Shown: piece after piece, positions 24,255 through 36,438 of the stretch
Layout of the letters: each line of letters begins with the position of its first letter
Numbering within the stretch: the stretch's first letter is position 1
Assembly (NCBI GenBank): GCA_028020825.1
Contig: CM051638.1
Span: 14,272,861-14,336,860 of the forward strand
Direction of reading: 5' to 3'
Origin: Podargus strigoides
Lineage: Eukaryota
Length of the DNA stretch: 64,000 nucleotides
Made by a program: the position numbers and the translations under genes
Notes under the pieces: model-generated
What the model was told of the DNA's origin: nothing
Databases searched by the model: none
Seen by the model: only the letters and a program-made list of their open reading frames with translations

Positions 24255-24339
24255 CAAAGGTAGAAATAATAGAATCATTCTGGTTGGAAAAGACATCCAG
24301 TCCAACCACTAACCCAGCAATGCCCAGTCACCACTACCC
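24255..24339 (-). mobile_element. CR1 3'-end fragment (reverse orientation), left half of a CR1 copy that was split by the ERV insertion
   Basis: ggttggaaaagacatccagtccaaccactaacccagcaatgcccagtcaccactaccc is contiguous in sense with 29945-30140; same family as 40820-41000 and 62960-63300. Confidence 0.7.
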
Positions 24340-24713
24340 TGAGGAGAAAAAACTGGACTCCGCACCATTCAGTGTGAATCAAACTGAAGACGTTTTATTT
24401 ACCTTGTCTGTCGCTTTTATACAATCTTACTTTCCCTAGACCCGGTCACGCATCATTTAATTGGTTAAAAGTCTCTAGCACAAGGTAAACATACAGCTCA
24501 GTTCAGTTCCCGTTGGTTCTTAAGTTCTTCTCCCGCAGTGTCCAATTGGTCACTCTTACCTGCTCACACCTGCATTCCTTAGGGAAGCAGTCATTGCTCT
24601 TTCTTATTTTTTCTTCCTTTGAAGTAGCTTCTAGAATGCAGCTGCGTACCTAGGCCAACATCCCGTATGGCTGGTTCACTATATGGTCATTTTCTTTTAC
24701 ATACATTCCTACA
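24340..24713 (-). repeat. 3' LTR of the class-II ERV
   Basis: About 98% identical to 29571-29944; the PPT is immediately adjacent at 24714-24740. Confidence 0.9.
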
Positions 24714-25538
24714 ATTCCCCCTTTTTCTTCTTGAGCCAGCCATACGTTCTTCATGGTGTATGTAATCATGCTTGTTACCTTTTTGAAAACACAAGGTACA
24801 ATCATTAATACAATAGTGACCAATAATAGGTGGAATTCAATAATAGGTGGAATTAACAAAGAAACAAAGTCTCTCACAGAAGAGATGGGAGATAACCAAG
24901 TCAATAGACTGATCATACAGAAGTAGTCCTCAATTGTTTCCCCATGAAGCCTCCATTTGCAAGTGCCAAACCTGACCGGGGCCCAGTTGCGGGGAGAGTC
25001 AGGAGGTCCTTCCCCAACAGGAAAACTCTGCAAGGTGTGTCCACCTCACAGACAGACACTCCACTCTCCCTGCAAGTGGCCCCAGTCCTCATTCCCAAAA
25101 CAGGACACCTGGCACTCATCCAATTTGGGGCATTTGGGGCTTGTTTACCCAAGGGCTCCCACCACAAGGCCGGCCGCACCCTGAAGGAAAGCCAAAAGGC
25201 AAACTCATCCCCTCCTTTCAGAGGACCATGGGAACTATCCATATGTCAGCCTAGGACATCTGCGAATCTGGTTCTGACAGCCATGGTTTCACCCACTTTG
25301 CCGGTATCCATTTGGATCCATGATCTGTAACAACACATACATATCCCCTTCCCCAGGTTATTAGCTGTGGCGGTCCTTCCCAAGCTCCTGTCACTCCATT
25401 TTTAACCATAACTTGACACTGTCCTTGTTTTATCTTGTCCAACTCCCCTTTCAATCCTGCTTCATGCTTCACGACTGGTGGTACTAGACTATCCTGTGGC
25501 AGACGTAAAAAGTTCAATACATATATAACCTTATTCAA
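24650..25538 (-). pseudogene. Remnants of the integrase C-terminus and an env TM segment of the class-II ERV (large pol/env deletions)
   Basis: ORFs contain WGRGYVCVVTDHGSKWIPAKWVKPW (integrase SH3-like) and the hydrophobic stretch LLIPPIIEFHLLLVTIVLMIVPCVFKK (membrane-spanning anchor). Confidence 0.5.
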
Positions 25539-26064
25539 TCTATCTGCAGGTGGCAGTCCTATTTCTCCCCCTTTTTGTTTTTGAAGCAGGCACTTGAGTG
25601 TTCTGGTTCATCCATTCTACACTAGCTTGACCCGTTGGAGAATGTGGAGTACCTGTAACGTACTAAGTGATGCAATGACCACTGTAAATATTCAGCTACT
25701 AAAGGTATTACTATAAAAGTCAGTTCAAAGCCAGCTATTTCTACAACTGTATGCCTACCTTTCATTACTAACTGTGCAAAGGCTTCTACTCGCGTAGTGA
25801 TTGTGTGTTTTGGCTGCAGTGACAAAAACACCCATTCCAAAATGTGCAGTGGGTCCTTCCCTGTAATCCACTGCATTATCAAAACAAAAAGATGTTGTTC
25901 AGGACTAATAATCCATAGCCCTATCCCGTACTCCAGCTTCCAGCGATGCGTGTAAGCTGTGACAATCTTAGTGCTTATGTAATTTCGAGCTTGCGTTGGT
26001 TCTTCTGTTAATGTCCGAGGTGCCTCAGCACCACCTCCTCCTTTCAACAGTTTCATTAGCGGCG

Positions 26065-26559
26065 CTAGCTCTGCATTGGTAAGTTACATACTGTCCTTAC
26101 CCAGTTAAGATCTCCTAACAATTTCTGGACATCATTTAGGGTGCATACTTCTGTTAGAATTTCTAATTTTTTGGGCCTAATGGTTGCCTTGGTAATTTCC
26201 CAGCCAAGGTACCTCCATACCTCTGTTTTTTGTACCTTTTCAGGAGCTACTTGCAGTCCCCCTAATTTTAGCGCTTGTTCCAGCTCAGCTATTAATTGCT
26301 CCCTGTTCAGCCGCTCCCCTGCTATCAGAATATCATCCATATAATGATACAGGAGTAGTTTCGGATATGCTTTTCATATAGGAGCAAGTGCCCAGGCCAC
26401 ATAAAATTGGCACATTGTGGGTGAATTTTTCATTCCTTGTGGTAATACTACCCAGTGATATCTTTTCATGGGTTCACATTTGTTTACTGACGGTACTGAA
26501 AAGGCAAATTTTTGATAATCATTTGGGTGCAGTGGAACGGTAAAAAAGCAATCTTTCAA
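26065..26559 (-). pseudogene. Reverse transcriptase fragments of the class-II ERV (frameshifted and truncated)
   Basis: [23 protein letters not shown]...[18 protein letters not shown] and MDDILIAGE motifs in separate short ORFs. Confidence 0.75.
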
Positions 26560-26591
26560 ATCAATAATTAATATGTCCCAGTTTTTTGGAA

Positions 26592-27311
26592 TTAAAAACC
26601 CTCATTGCTCGTAACCAATCGCGCCCCTATTTGACTTAGTGCATCACATCCCAATAGGCATATGGGGGCATTCATCACATATGGCCGCACTGTACATACA
26701 CTCCCATTCCGCAAGGTACATTGAAACAAGCGCATGCTAATTCTGGTAGACTGTATACCTCCCACTGCCATGACTGACGACGCAGGTACTTCAAGTGGCC
26801 ACGATGTTGGCCATGCATCTGGACTGACGATAGTGACATCAGTATCAAGCAACATAGTGATTACACAGGTACTGCCCCCTGGTTCTTTTAGTGTTACCTG
26901 CTGTGTTGGTTTTGATTTACCAATATCCATTGCCAAATAAATTTCTGCTTGACCTGTAGAGCCAAATCCTTCTGCTCCTCTTATGCGATTACCAGACACA
27001 GGCACTGCTGTTTTGAATGGCACGAGTTGTCCAATTTTTGCTCCTGTCGGTATGTGTACAGGGGGTGATGGCGTCCATACCATTATAGAGATAGTGCCTG
27101 TAAAATCAGAATCAATTACTGCAGGTAACACAAAAAGACCTTTTTGGGTTGTAGATGAACGCCCTAACAACAGGGCACTTAACTCATGTCCTAGCGGACC
27201 ACTCATATTAGTTGGGATACATTGTACCTGTGAATCAGTCAGTGTTGTTTCTATTGTTGTTTTCATATCCACTCGGGCACTCCCTGCTGTGGCGGTGGCG
27301 ACGCCATCCAA
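26592..27311 (-). CDS. pro ORF of the class-II ERV encoding a dUTPase and an aspartic protease (active site degenerated to DTD)
   Basis: [29 protein letters not shown] (dUTPase motifs) and [16 protein letters not shown] (protease motif); 239-aa ORF. Confidence 0.7.
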   Translation of the reverse strand: MDGVATATAGSARVDMKTTIETTLTDSQVQCIPTNMSGPLGHELSALLLGRSSTTQKGLFVLPAVIDSDFTGTISIMVWTPSPPVHIPTGAKIGQLVPFKTAVPVSGNRIRGAEGFGSTGQAEIYLAMDIGKSKPTQQVTLKEPGGSTCVITMLLDTDVTIVSPDAWPTSWPLEVPASSVMAVGGIQSTRISMRLFQCTLRNGSVCTVRPYVMNAPICLLGCDALSQIGARLVTSNEGF

Positions 27312-27553
27312 GCAGCCTGAGACCGATTTTGTGTCATCGCGCCTGGCCTGCGAGCATTCGCTATCCTATTCTTTCTCCTTTTGGAGCGATATTTACTAGC
27401 ATGGTGCCCATAGTTCTGACAGTGATTATAGACACCATCAAAGCCTTCCTCTGTGTTTTTGTTTTTTGGAGCTTTACATTGTACCTTAATGTGCCCATAC
27501 CTTCCACAGTTATGACATTTTGGGCCTCGATTACGGTTACCTTGTTGTACCAA
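27263..27553 (-). CDS. Nucleocapsid region with two CCHC zinc knuckles (CHNCGRYGHIKVQC, CQNYGHHASKY)
   Basis: Overlapping frame downstream of gag, consistent with a gag-pro frameshift arrangement. Confidence 0.7.
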   Translation of the reverse strand: MVQQGNRNRGPKCHNCGRYGHIKVQCKAPKNKNTEEGFDGVYNHCQNYGHHASKYRSKRRKNRIANARRPGAMTQNRSQAAWMASPPPQQGVPEWI

Positions 27554-27556
27554 GGG

Positions 27557-29392
27557 TCAGATAGCCGCAGCAAAAGCTGAGGCCATGAAACCAGCATGCT
27601 CTTCAGGTGTTCCTACCCGCGAACAAGCATCCATCATTTCAGCAATACTGGAGTTTCTAGGCAGACTCTGTAAAATACGCTTGCAGGTGGGGTTAGAATT
27701 TTCAACAGCTAAACATAAGAGTAATGCTTCTCGCACAGGATCAGATAAAGATGCCCTATCAAGCGCATTTTGCAACCGATCTAGAAATTGCATATATGGT
27801 TCATTTGCACCCTGTTTTACTGAGGTATATGGGGGTGTTGGTTTTCCATCCTCAGGGAGAGTCCTAAGTGCCTCTCTTGCCAGATCAGCGGATTGTCGCA
27901 GTATAGCAGGATCCAATCGAGCTTGGCGCTGGGCATCGGCAAAATCTCCCTGACCCATAAGCATGTCAATAGTCGCTGAGCGCAGTGGGTCACCAGCCGC
28001 ATGATCTAAGTTTGTTATTGCGGCAGATGCTACTGCATCCTGCCACTGAGAACGCCACAGAACTTCCTGCATTGGTGTTAGTGTCATTGACATAAGTACC
28101 CTACTGTCAAAAGGAGTCATAAGGTTAGTCAGGAAAATGTTATGAATAAACGATTGAGTGTATGGTGATTGTAGACCGTTCTGTTGTACTGACTTACGGG
28201 CTTCCTTAATTAACTCCCATGGGAAGCCCACCCAGTGATTCGGGTTTCTAGAACCTCCCGATGTCCCCCCCAGCATTACCGGGAATGCAGTTGGAAGGAA
28301 TTCCCCTTCGATTAATGCATTTTGAATAACTCCTCTCCATCTTTGAGCCGGATCAAATTCTTTCCCTGCATTTCCCGCCTCCGCCCCCCACTCCATCTCT
28401 TGTCCCAGCTTGTCCACCCCCCAACCACGGTCCTTTTGAAATCTTGCAATGATTTTCTTCTCCTCCTCCTTCAGTGTCTCTCGCTTGTGGATGTCCGCTT
28501 CTAACTTTTCCATCTTTTTCAACAGTTTTTGCGCCCAAACGGGCGGTTCGCTGCTAAGATCAGGCGGCTTGGCGGGGGAGGTGGGCGTGGGTGGGGTAGA
28601 AGGGGGTAGTGGTGGATAGTCAGTCCATTCACTCAGGTGAGGTGGTTCAGGAAAGTCTGGTTCAGGCGGTGGGGGGGGCGGCGGCGGCTCGGGCCATTGC
28701 TCGTCTGTGTCCGTTGCCTCTCCTTCCATCCCAGATACCTCTGCCAACGGGGGCGCCGCTGGAATAGGGGGGGACGGAACAGGCATTCGGTCGAACACTC
28801 TGATCCCGGCAGGGAACGCTTCCGGTGGCGAGGGCCCTGAAGCCGAGAACGTTCCGGCCGCTGGCGCAGTGTTCGGGGGGGGTGGCGGGGGAATGCCGAT
28901 CGTGCCGCTCCGCTGCGCTGAGTACGGCCCCGCCGCCGGCTGCCGCAGTGCGCGGTGGGGCAGCGAGGGGCGGGGGGGCGGAATGCCGGTCGAGCCGCTC
29001 CGCTGCGGTGGGTACGGCTCCGCTGCTGGCCGCCGCTGCCGGAGTGCGCGGGGGGGCGGCGGGGGGCGGGCGGGGGAATGCCGATCGCGCCGCTCCGCTG
29101 CTGCCCGCTCAACCTCCATATCTTGTAAAGTTGTTAGAATCAATCGCCAAGTGAAAGCTAACCCTGCTGAGTTTTTTTCTCCTCTACTGATTGCGTCCCA
29201 CAGGCACTTCCCGATTTCTTCCCAAATCTTAGTTTTAAAGGCATTTTGAGGCTCAGCAGGGAATCCGTGTTCCCGGCACCAAATTAACAGCCCCCGGAGC
29301 GCACGCTTATCGAGTTTAACTCCTCTCCTAGAGAGTGTCTGTAGGAGAATTTTCACTAAGGTACTTTCTTCTTTCGATAGTTTGTGCCCCAT
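27557..29392 (-). CDS. Intact gag ORF (611 aa) of the class-II ERV with matrix (MGHKLSK), a Pro-rich region containing an internal tandem duplication, and capsid carrying the major homology region (QGANEPYMQFLDRLQNALDR)
   Basis: Single ORF from ATG to stop with no interruptions; the MHR and the betaretrovirus-like N-terminus were recognised directly. Confidence 0.85.
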   Translation of the reverse strand: MGHKLSKEESTLVKILLQTLSRRGVKLDKRALRGLLIWCREHGFPAEPQNAFKTKIWEEIGKCLWDAISRGEKNSAGLAFTWRLILTTLQDMEVERAAAERRDRHSPARPPPPPRALRQRRPAAEPYPPQRSGSTGIPPPRPSLPHRALRQPAAGPYSAQRSGTIGIPPPPPPNTAPAAGTFSASGPSPPEAFPAGIRVFDRMPVPSPPIPAAPPLAEVSGMEGEATDTDEQWPEPPPPPPPPEPDFPEPPHLSEWTDYPPLPPSTPPTPTSPAKPPDLSSEPPVWAQKLLKKMEKLEADIHKRETLKEEEKKIIARFQKDRGWGVDKLGQEMEWGAEAGNAGKEFDPAQRWRGVIQNALIEGEFLPTAFPVMLGGTSGGSRNPNHWVGFPWELIKEARKSVQQNGLQSPYTQSFIHNIFLTNLMTPFDSRVLMSMTLTPMQEVLWRSQWQDAVASAAITNLDHAAGDPLRSATIDMLMGQGDFADAQRQARLDPAILRQSADLAREALRTLPEDGKPTPPYTSVKQGANEPYMQFLDRLQNALDRASLSDPVREALLLCLAVENSNPTCKRILQSLPRNSSIAEMMDACSRVGTPEEHAGFMASAFAAAI

Positions 29393-29570
29393 CTCCGCTC
29401 CCGGCTGCTCACCTCACTGGGTGTCGTGTCGTAACGTATGTTTTCCTCTCCGGATCGCCGTCCGATCCGCCCGGTCTCCGGCCCTGCCGTGCCGTCTATC
29501 TCCTTCTGGGCTTTTCCCCTGTACCTTCTTCTCTTGCTGCGCAAGTCGGTATCACGTCGGGGTCACCATT

Positions 29571-29944
29571 TGAGGAGAAAAAACTGGACTCCGCACCATT
29601 CAGTGTGAATCAAACTGAAGACGTTTTATTTACCTTGTCTGTCCCTTTTATACAATCTTACTTTCCCTAGATCCGGTCACGCATCATTTAATTGGTTAAA
29701 AGTCTCTAGCACAAGGTAAACATACAGCTCAGTTCAGTTCCCGTTGGTTCTTAAGTTCTTCTCCCGCAGTGTCCAATTGGTCACCCTTATCTGCTCACTC
29801 CTGCATTCCTTAGGGAAGCAGTCATTGCTCTTTCTTATTTTTTCTTCCTTTGAAGTAGCTTCTAGAATGCAGCTGCGTACCTAGGCCAACATCCCGTATG
29901 GCTGGTTCACTATATGGTCATTTTCTTTTAAATACATTCCTACA
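29571..29944 (-). repeat. 5' LTR of the class-II ERV, followed by the tRNA-Trp PBS at 29551-29568
   Basis: LTR identity to 24340-24713; PBS revcomp(atcacgtcggggtcacca)=TGGTGACCCCGACGTGAT. Confidence 0.9.
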
Positions 29945-30140
29945 CTACCCCATATCCCTCAGCACCTCATCTACACGGCTCTGAAATCCCTCCAGGGATG
30001 GGGACTCCCCAACTGCCCTGGGCAGCCTGGGCCAGTGCTGGGGAACCCTTTGGGGGAAGGCATTGTTCCTAATATCCAATCTAAACTTCCCCTGGCACAA
30101 CCTGACACCGTTTCCTCTCGTCCTATCACTAGTTACAATT
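29945..30140 (-). mobile_element. CR1 3' fragment (reverse orientation), right half of the copy split by the ERV
   Basis: ctaccccatatccctcagcacctcatctacacggctctgaaatccctccagggatgggg...cctatcactag continues the left half at 24255-24339. Confidence 0.7.
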
Positions 30141-30309
30141 TAAATGCCACTAGCCTGCCCCATCCCTCTCAGGAAGAAGGATGAAAAGACAAATTAATCT
30201 CCTGCTTCTCCAGGGCCTCACCTAAACCAAAACCACTGCTAGGCACCACAAGAAAACCTGTGCCGACAGCCTCAGGCTGTTTGGGCTGGCAACAAGGCCA
30301 GGACCGTAC

Positions 30310-30496
30310 CTTCTCCTCTGACCCCTCAGGAGTGTCTACAGGAGTGACACAGATGTCTTCAGAGTCAGAGTGATTAAACTCAAAAGATGAAACGCTGGCT
30401 GAGTCCGTGCTCTCGCCAGAGCTCCCACCTGGAGGAGGTTTGGGGTCCTCTTTGATAGGTGTGCTATGGCCCATCGCCTCGGAGCCGAAGAGCAGC
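30310..30496 (-). CDS. RGL1: RGL1 Ser/acidic linker exon (RLLFGSEAMGHSTPIKEDPKPPPGGSSGESTDSASVSSFEFNHSDSEDICVTPVDTPEGSEEK)
   Basis: Minus-strand acceptor cttttccccaccAG and donor GAGAAG|gtacgg; matches human RGL1 SLLFLGSDMITSPTPTKEQPKSTASGSSGESMDSVSVSSCESNHSEAEEGSITPMDTPDEPQKK. Confidence 0.7.
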
Positions 30497-33400
30497 CTGG
30501 TGGGGAAAAGAGCATAAAAGCCCCTAAGTGACAGCGGAACAGAGCTGGGCTGAGCAAAGCTGTCACTTGGTTCCAAACTCTTATGTAGTGTTTTGTTTCC
30601 CTATCTGGAGCAGCCTATTGTTTTCATTTCCTCTGTGGTGTTTGTATGGTTTGGCAGGAGAGTTTGGGACACGCTCACAGGATCCCTCCGTGACCCCATG
30701 CACCCACCAGTGGCCAGGCCAAAACCAGAGGTGATGCCCAAGCGCCACAAATGAGGCGCCTCTTCAGGCTCTTAAGTTTGCAGACTCACTTGCTAGGAAA
30801 TGACTGATTGTAAACCTGATGGCATTTACCAACCAAGGGAGCTGCTGTCACACCCTGGTCCCCCAACACAAGGCAGCTCAAGACCTACTCGGTTGCCATG
30901 AGCAAATGAAACAGGGTGTGAAAAGGTAACACACGGCCACACACCGGGCAAAGATCTTCAAAAGGCAAATTCATCCCCACTGCAAATTCTTGCACTCAAG
31001 AAAGGTGCCAGAGATACCGGTTTGAGTCTGAATGGAGATGTACACCATGAGGAGATCACAAGAAAGTGTAAATTACAGGCTCTCCCTCTCCGAGACTCAT
31101 TTCTAAATGCAGGTCAAGTAAATTTAAAGGAGTGTCAAAGGAAAACTTGCATTATCTATAAAGCAAGGTGAATTAGGTGCTACGTTAGCATGCAGTTAAT
31201 GATGTAAAACAATTTAGAGAGGTGTCACTCACTGTTGCTGGGATGAATTATGCCAGTATTAATTTGCAAAATACATTCAGAGTGCAGATGAAACAATTCT
31301 TCAGACAAAAACTGCACAGTGCAAACAAACTCAATAGGGTAAATTACAACAGTGCAGCACTGAAATGCAGTCAGGAATGAGAGAATAAAGCCTGTGCTCT
31401 GCAGGGACAATTCTTACACACAGTTTAGGCATGTGCCAAGGGGGACACAAATGAGGCGCCACCCAGAGTTCAGGCACTGTCATCTCCAAAGCTCACTCTC
31501 TCCTAACAACCACCAACAACTGGGATGGACTAACTGGAACACTTCCCAAACAGCTGCCTGGATTTTTTTCTGTGTGTGTGTGTCAGAACTCAAAACTCTA
31601 GATTGAAAAAAATCTATTCTTCCTTCAGCCCCTAACCTGGAGTAGTGCTGACGTGAAGTGAACGAAGAAAGGTCACTTTCAAAGTGCTCTGAGGCAAGTA
31701 GGTACAAGAACCAAGCTGGAAAGGAGAGTTAAGAGCTGATAGTGCTGCTAAATTCATCATTCCCTCCTCATCTTGCTCATGCTACTGTTATGTGGGAGTC
31801 CCTTCATATCTCCTCTTGCATCAGGGTTCACATTTCTCACCTTTAAGGTATTTTTACTTCCATCCCTGGTCTCTGCTTTCATTCCCCACAGCTTTCCCCC
31901 AAGTCCTGCTCATGTATTGTTTCCTGGGTGTGCTTAGCTGCCTGCCCCTCTTCTCCACCCACCTCCTGTTCGAATCTTTGGGGTATTAGACTAAATTAAA
32001 CCACATCCCCCTGATTTTTTTGTTCCTTCTTTAACTTCAAGGCAGTTAGGCAGATTGTTTCTATTACTAAGTGCCATTTTGCTAACCTTAATTTTCTAAT
32101 TAAAATCCTGCAAGGCGTTTTTTTGCATGTGTATAGCAAATCAGACTAATAATAGGCCAGAGTTTATCCTCATTTACTCTGTTTTGCTGCGACATTCAGG
32201 GAAGTTATTACACAACAGATATTGAATTTATAATCTGGCACCAAAACTGTTCCTTTTTCTGACACCTTAGGAAGGGTTGGTTGTGTCTAATCTCTTTCAT
32301 CATTAATAAGCCTTATGACTACTTATAACAATAGAAAGGGACAGCTTCAGACTGTGTTTCAGTATGTGTTTCTGGTGTCTCTTTAAAGTCATGCAGTGGT
32401 CTGGATCCCCAGCCAGGTTTTTCAGCTGGTGAAATGAATACTGCTTGTCTGATTTATCCAGGTTCATGTTAACACACTGAACACCCCTTGCCCCATCCTA
32501 CTCACAGGCTGAACCTCTTCACCATGCTCTTCCGAGATTTTGGCGACGTGGTGCTGGTATCAGCAGCTGCTTCAATCTCACATGAGAAGCTGTAACTGCA
32601 GAACAGAGGCCACCGGGTTCATTTTTACAGGCAATACTATTAGGTCTATGCCTCAAAGTAGCAATGTTCAAGAAATTCGAGAAACTTCCATTTATTCCCA
32701 CTTCACCAAAGGCTGGAGCCCCGCAAAGAGGAACATAGCTCTGTCCACATTTTAAAATAATGGTGAAGGGGGCATTTCACTACTTTATAGTAGATTTAAA
32801 AATGTGCTTTTTTGGATTACATTCATAATTCATTTTTTTAAAAAGTCAAGAAAATACTTAATATGAATCTTGGCTAAGTTTTTTTTTACTGTGACTCTGT
32901 ACAATGCAGTATGTATCTGTGCTTACACTCTTAGTGCATCAGAGGGATATTTGGGTACCTAGTGGAGATATTAAAATACTGCAAATAAATTGTCTTGGGT
33001 CGGTCTGGCAGCATGTGTGGTAGCACAAAACTCAGCAGGGCTGCAAAACCCACCCCAAACACCCAGCAGACATTTATCTGGCCAGCTCTGTGTTGCCTTG
33101 GCTACCTGCTGCCCACACCCACCAGCTGAACACTCGGTGACTGGATCTTCCAAGTGTGAGCACACAGACAGCCCAGACACAACAGCTGACTGCATTGCAA
33201 AGTCAGAAGCCTGATTTCCAGTCTCAAAACTAAACCCTAAGCCTTCAACAGATTTTCTACAGCTGTTGAGCAGAAGGCAGATGTGTATCTCCAGGAGCAG
33301 TGGTATGTGTGAGCTCCTGAAGAGGAAAGCTACAGGCTGACGTGACCTGCCTGCACATGGGTGTGGGGTAAGAAAAGCTGGCTTCACTGGCTGGGTTGAG

Positions 33401-34960
33401 AACCTACCTCTCCTCCTCAGTTAAATTCTGCTGCCTCTTGAACCACTAGATGAATTTTCGGTCTGGTGTCATGCAATAAATGTTGCATGCAGATTGCAAG
33501 AGCATAATTTGGGCAAGCACTTCAAATTCCTAAGAAAATGATAAAAAATAATTAGGAATTCTAATTAGAAAACACAATAAAGCCAGACTCATTCATATGC
33601 ATAAACATATGCAACAACAGATCCAGGACAAACTTAGTTTGACCTGAAGTTCAGTTTCAGTTGAGTAAATATTTCAAGAACCAGTTTTTCAAACAACGAA
33701 GACTTTTTGTCATTGTTGTTCCCCAGTATCCATAACATGCATTGAAATGTGAACATTTTATCAGACACACACATATCAGAAGCTTAACACAAGAAATTGT
33801 ACTTCACCACATGCTTTTCCCAAGTACCCACTGCAGTGCAGTGCCAGTGCAAACCCACCCAGCAGCAGCACTGGTGATTGTTCCTCTAGGAACGAGGGGA
33901 GCAAAGGCTCACAAACCCTTCAGGTTACCCTGCCTGCACCCCTGCGCTGGCCAGAGCAGCTCTGGGGGAGGAATCATGCTCTGGACTTGAGTGGTTCTCA
34001 GGCAGCAAGCAAGGGTAATAATTATGGGTGCCTGAGATGAAAGCACAATCTGATCCTTCCCAGCTGTGCATGTTGTGCACTCACACTTGCACCAGAGGAA
34101 CATGAAATGCTGCCCTTGAGAACACCACTTGCATACATGCTTTGCTAAAACAATTCTGGAAACCCCCATGTGTCAGAGCCACTTACAGAAGCAGGCTGCA
34201 GGAGCGGAGCCGAGCGCTCGGCATGGCTCAGAGGGCAGCTTTGCCACTGGTTTGTGTGAAGCTGGACTGATGGCCACGGAGACTCTCATGTATCTCACCA
34301 TCAGTATCCTGAGCTGTGCAGGTAGAGCTGGGAGCAGTTAAGGGAAGGAAGTGGCTCCATCACTGCCAAATCCAAGCGTGCTTTCAGACCCCAGAAGGGA
34401 GATTTGGCACGACTTCATTCCGACAGACGTAACCTCAGTACCTTTACTCCTACACAGCATTACTGATCTCTGAGCAACAAAGATCAGGCTGAAAGGAAAG
34501 ACTGATAGCACGTATTTCTCAGACCCGTGTACCTAGTTTGCTCTCTGCAGCCTTTTACCTACAAACTGCAGCACAAGGAATATGGTTACAAACTGTATCT
34601 TCTGGAAAGCAAAGGTCTCATGCCACCAGGCCCCGTTCACTCCCAACACAGGACATACACACAGAATGTATTCCCATGGACACCAAATGGGGGGAATGGG
34701 CACGCCTCAGGGGCAGAGCCCATGGAAATAAGTGGCCTGCAGCTCCTCTTCCCCTATTGCACACATCTGAAAAGCAGGTTCTCTTCCTGCACCACCGCCC
34801 ACTGAGGCTCACAGTGTTTCAGGGATCTTTTCTTTCCTCACTGACCTGCATTAAAGTTAGCAGTGTTGTATGAGCCTGAGCAAAGACAAACAGCCTCGCC
34901 CAGAGAACACTCTAAACCAGGGAGTCAATAAACTAAAAATCACAGAATATTCAACTTACC

Positions 34961-34992
34961 CTTCTCCTTTTCTCAAAATTGATCAGGCCACC
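34961..34992 (-). CDS. RGL1: RGL1 CDC25-domain micro-exon (GGLINFEKRRR)
   Basis: Minus-strand acceptor tccaacAG and donor AGAAG|gtaagt; the hallmark RasGEF LINFEKRR motif; phase fits the upstream exon. Confidence 0.75.
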
Positions 34993-35919
34993 CTGTTGGA
35001 ATGAGAGAGAAGGGATCAGAGCAGAAGAACACACACTCAGATTTAAACACAAACAGCATGAAGTAACAAGGCTAATGCAAAACACAGACCTGCCCTGAGC
35101 AAGGGCCTTCTAAAAATACCTGTTTCCAGATCTGGTAAAAACCACAGCGCTCATATATCCCAGTTTCCAGAGGACATCTGTCCTCATGGCCTAAATGGCA
35201 ATCTGCTCAAGAAGAAAAGCCCTGTACAAGAATGCTCATAAAAGCCGTGTCGAGGTCGGGCCTGAGGAGCGCCAGCAGGATATTGGATGCAAGCAACAAA
35301 ATTGGCTTTTGCCCGTGCTGTGAGTTCAGCAGCATTCCCAGTGAGCTCCAGAAACACCAGCTGAACACAAAGCAGGGACAGGAGGGAAACTGCCAAAAAC
35401 AGAATGGATATATACAGCAATCATATGCAGTCTTGCTTTAGTGCAGTTCTGCAAAAAAACCCAAAACCCACCACACAAGCCAGCAACCACTCCCAGCCCA
35501 GGGAGAAGGGTATTTGCCCATCCTGTCATAAATACAATGAGCACCTACAGTGGGGCTCCCCAAGCATCTGCTTGAATGGGGCCAATTTTCAAAGATGGCT
35601 GAAAACCTTTGAAACCAACACCTTTGGAAGCTGGCCCCATCCTCAGTCTCTGTTGAATGACCAGACTCACTCGCAGTCCTTTTTCCCTTCCTATGCTAGA
35701 TTGATTCCCCCTGCTTGTTCAGCTAAAGAGAAGTGAAAAAAACAAGTCTCTGATCACTTCAGGGCTTGGATGTGTCTGAGTCAATACTGAAGCATTTCAG
35801 GGATCAATCTGAAGAGCTGAATTTGTGATTCTGTGTATTTTACCAATTTTTTTTTACCAATCTTTATAGCACCTTCCAATACCTGAAGGGGCTACAAGAA
35901 AGCTGCAGAAGGACTTTTT

Positions 35920-36207
35920 ACAACAGCATGGAGTGACAGGATGAGGGGCAATGGCTTTAAACTGGAACATAGGAGACTTAGATCAGGTATTGGGAAGAAA
36001 TTCTTAACTGTGAGGGTGGTGAGACACTGGCCCAGGTTGCCCAGGGAAGCTGTGGCTGCCCCCTCCCTGGAAGTTTTTCCAGGCCAGGTTGGATGGGGCT
36101 TGGAGCAACCTGGGCTGGTGGGAGGTGTCCCTGCCCATGGCAGGGGGGTTGGAACTGGATGAGCTTTGAGGTCCCTTCCAACCCAAACCATTCTGTGATT
36201 CTATGAT
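35920..36207 (+). mobile_element. CR1 3'-end fragment
   Basis: DRMRGNGFKLEHRRLRSGIGKKFLTVRVVRHWPRLPREAVAAPSLEVF... followed by ggtcccttccaacccaaaccattctgtgattctatga. Confidence 0.85.
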
Positions 36208-36438
36208 CTTTACACCAAAAACGTTGTTTTCAGAAAAACAGAATAATGGAAAGCCTACTTTCTTTACGTTTTCTAACCTAAGAAAACAAGACAAAATACA
36301 ATGCTGAGCTTGTCCCTTGAGGTAACTCAAATTTTTAAGAACTGCACAAGAACCCAGTAGAAGCTACAGGAACAGACACATTCGGTGCTGGGAAGGCATG
36401 GAGGATATTTATGATTTAAAAAAATTGCCCCAAATTAC

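Larger units (their letters stand above)
24340..29944 (-). mobile_element. Class-II (betaretrovirus-like) endogenous retrovirus provirus. Structure: 5'LTR-PBS(Trp)-gag-NC-pro(dUTPase)-truncated pol-env remnant-PPT-3'LTR; 6-bp TSD CTACCC.
   Basis: Direct 374-bp LTRs at 24340-24713 and 29571-29944 (TG...CA on the element strand, AATAAA inside). PBS TGGTGACCCCGACGTGAT lies 2 nt downstream of the 5' LTR. PPT aagaagaaaaagggggaat abuts the 3' LTR. The flanks CTACCC at 24334-24339 and 29945-29950 are identical. Confidence 0.9.
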
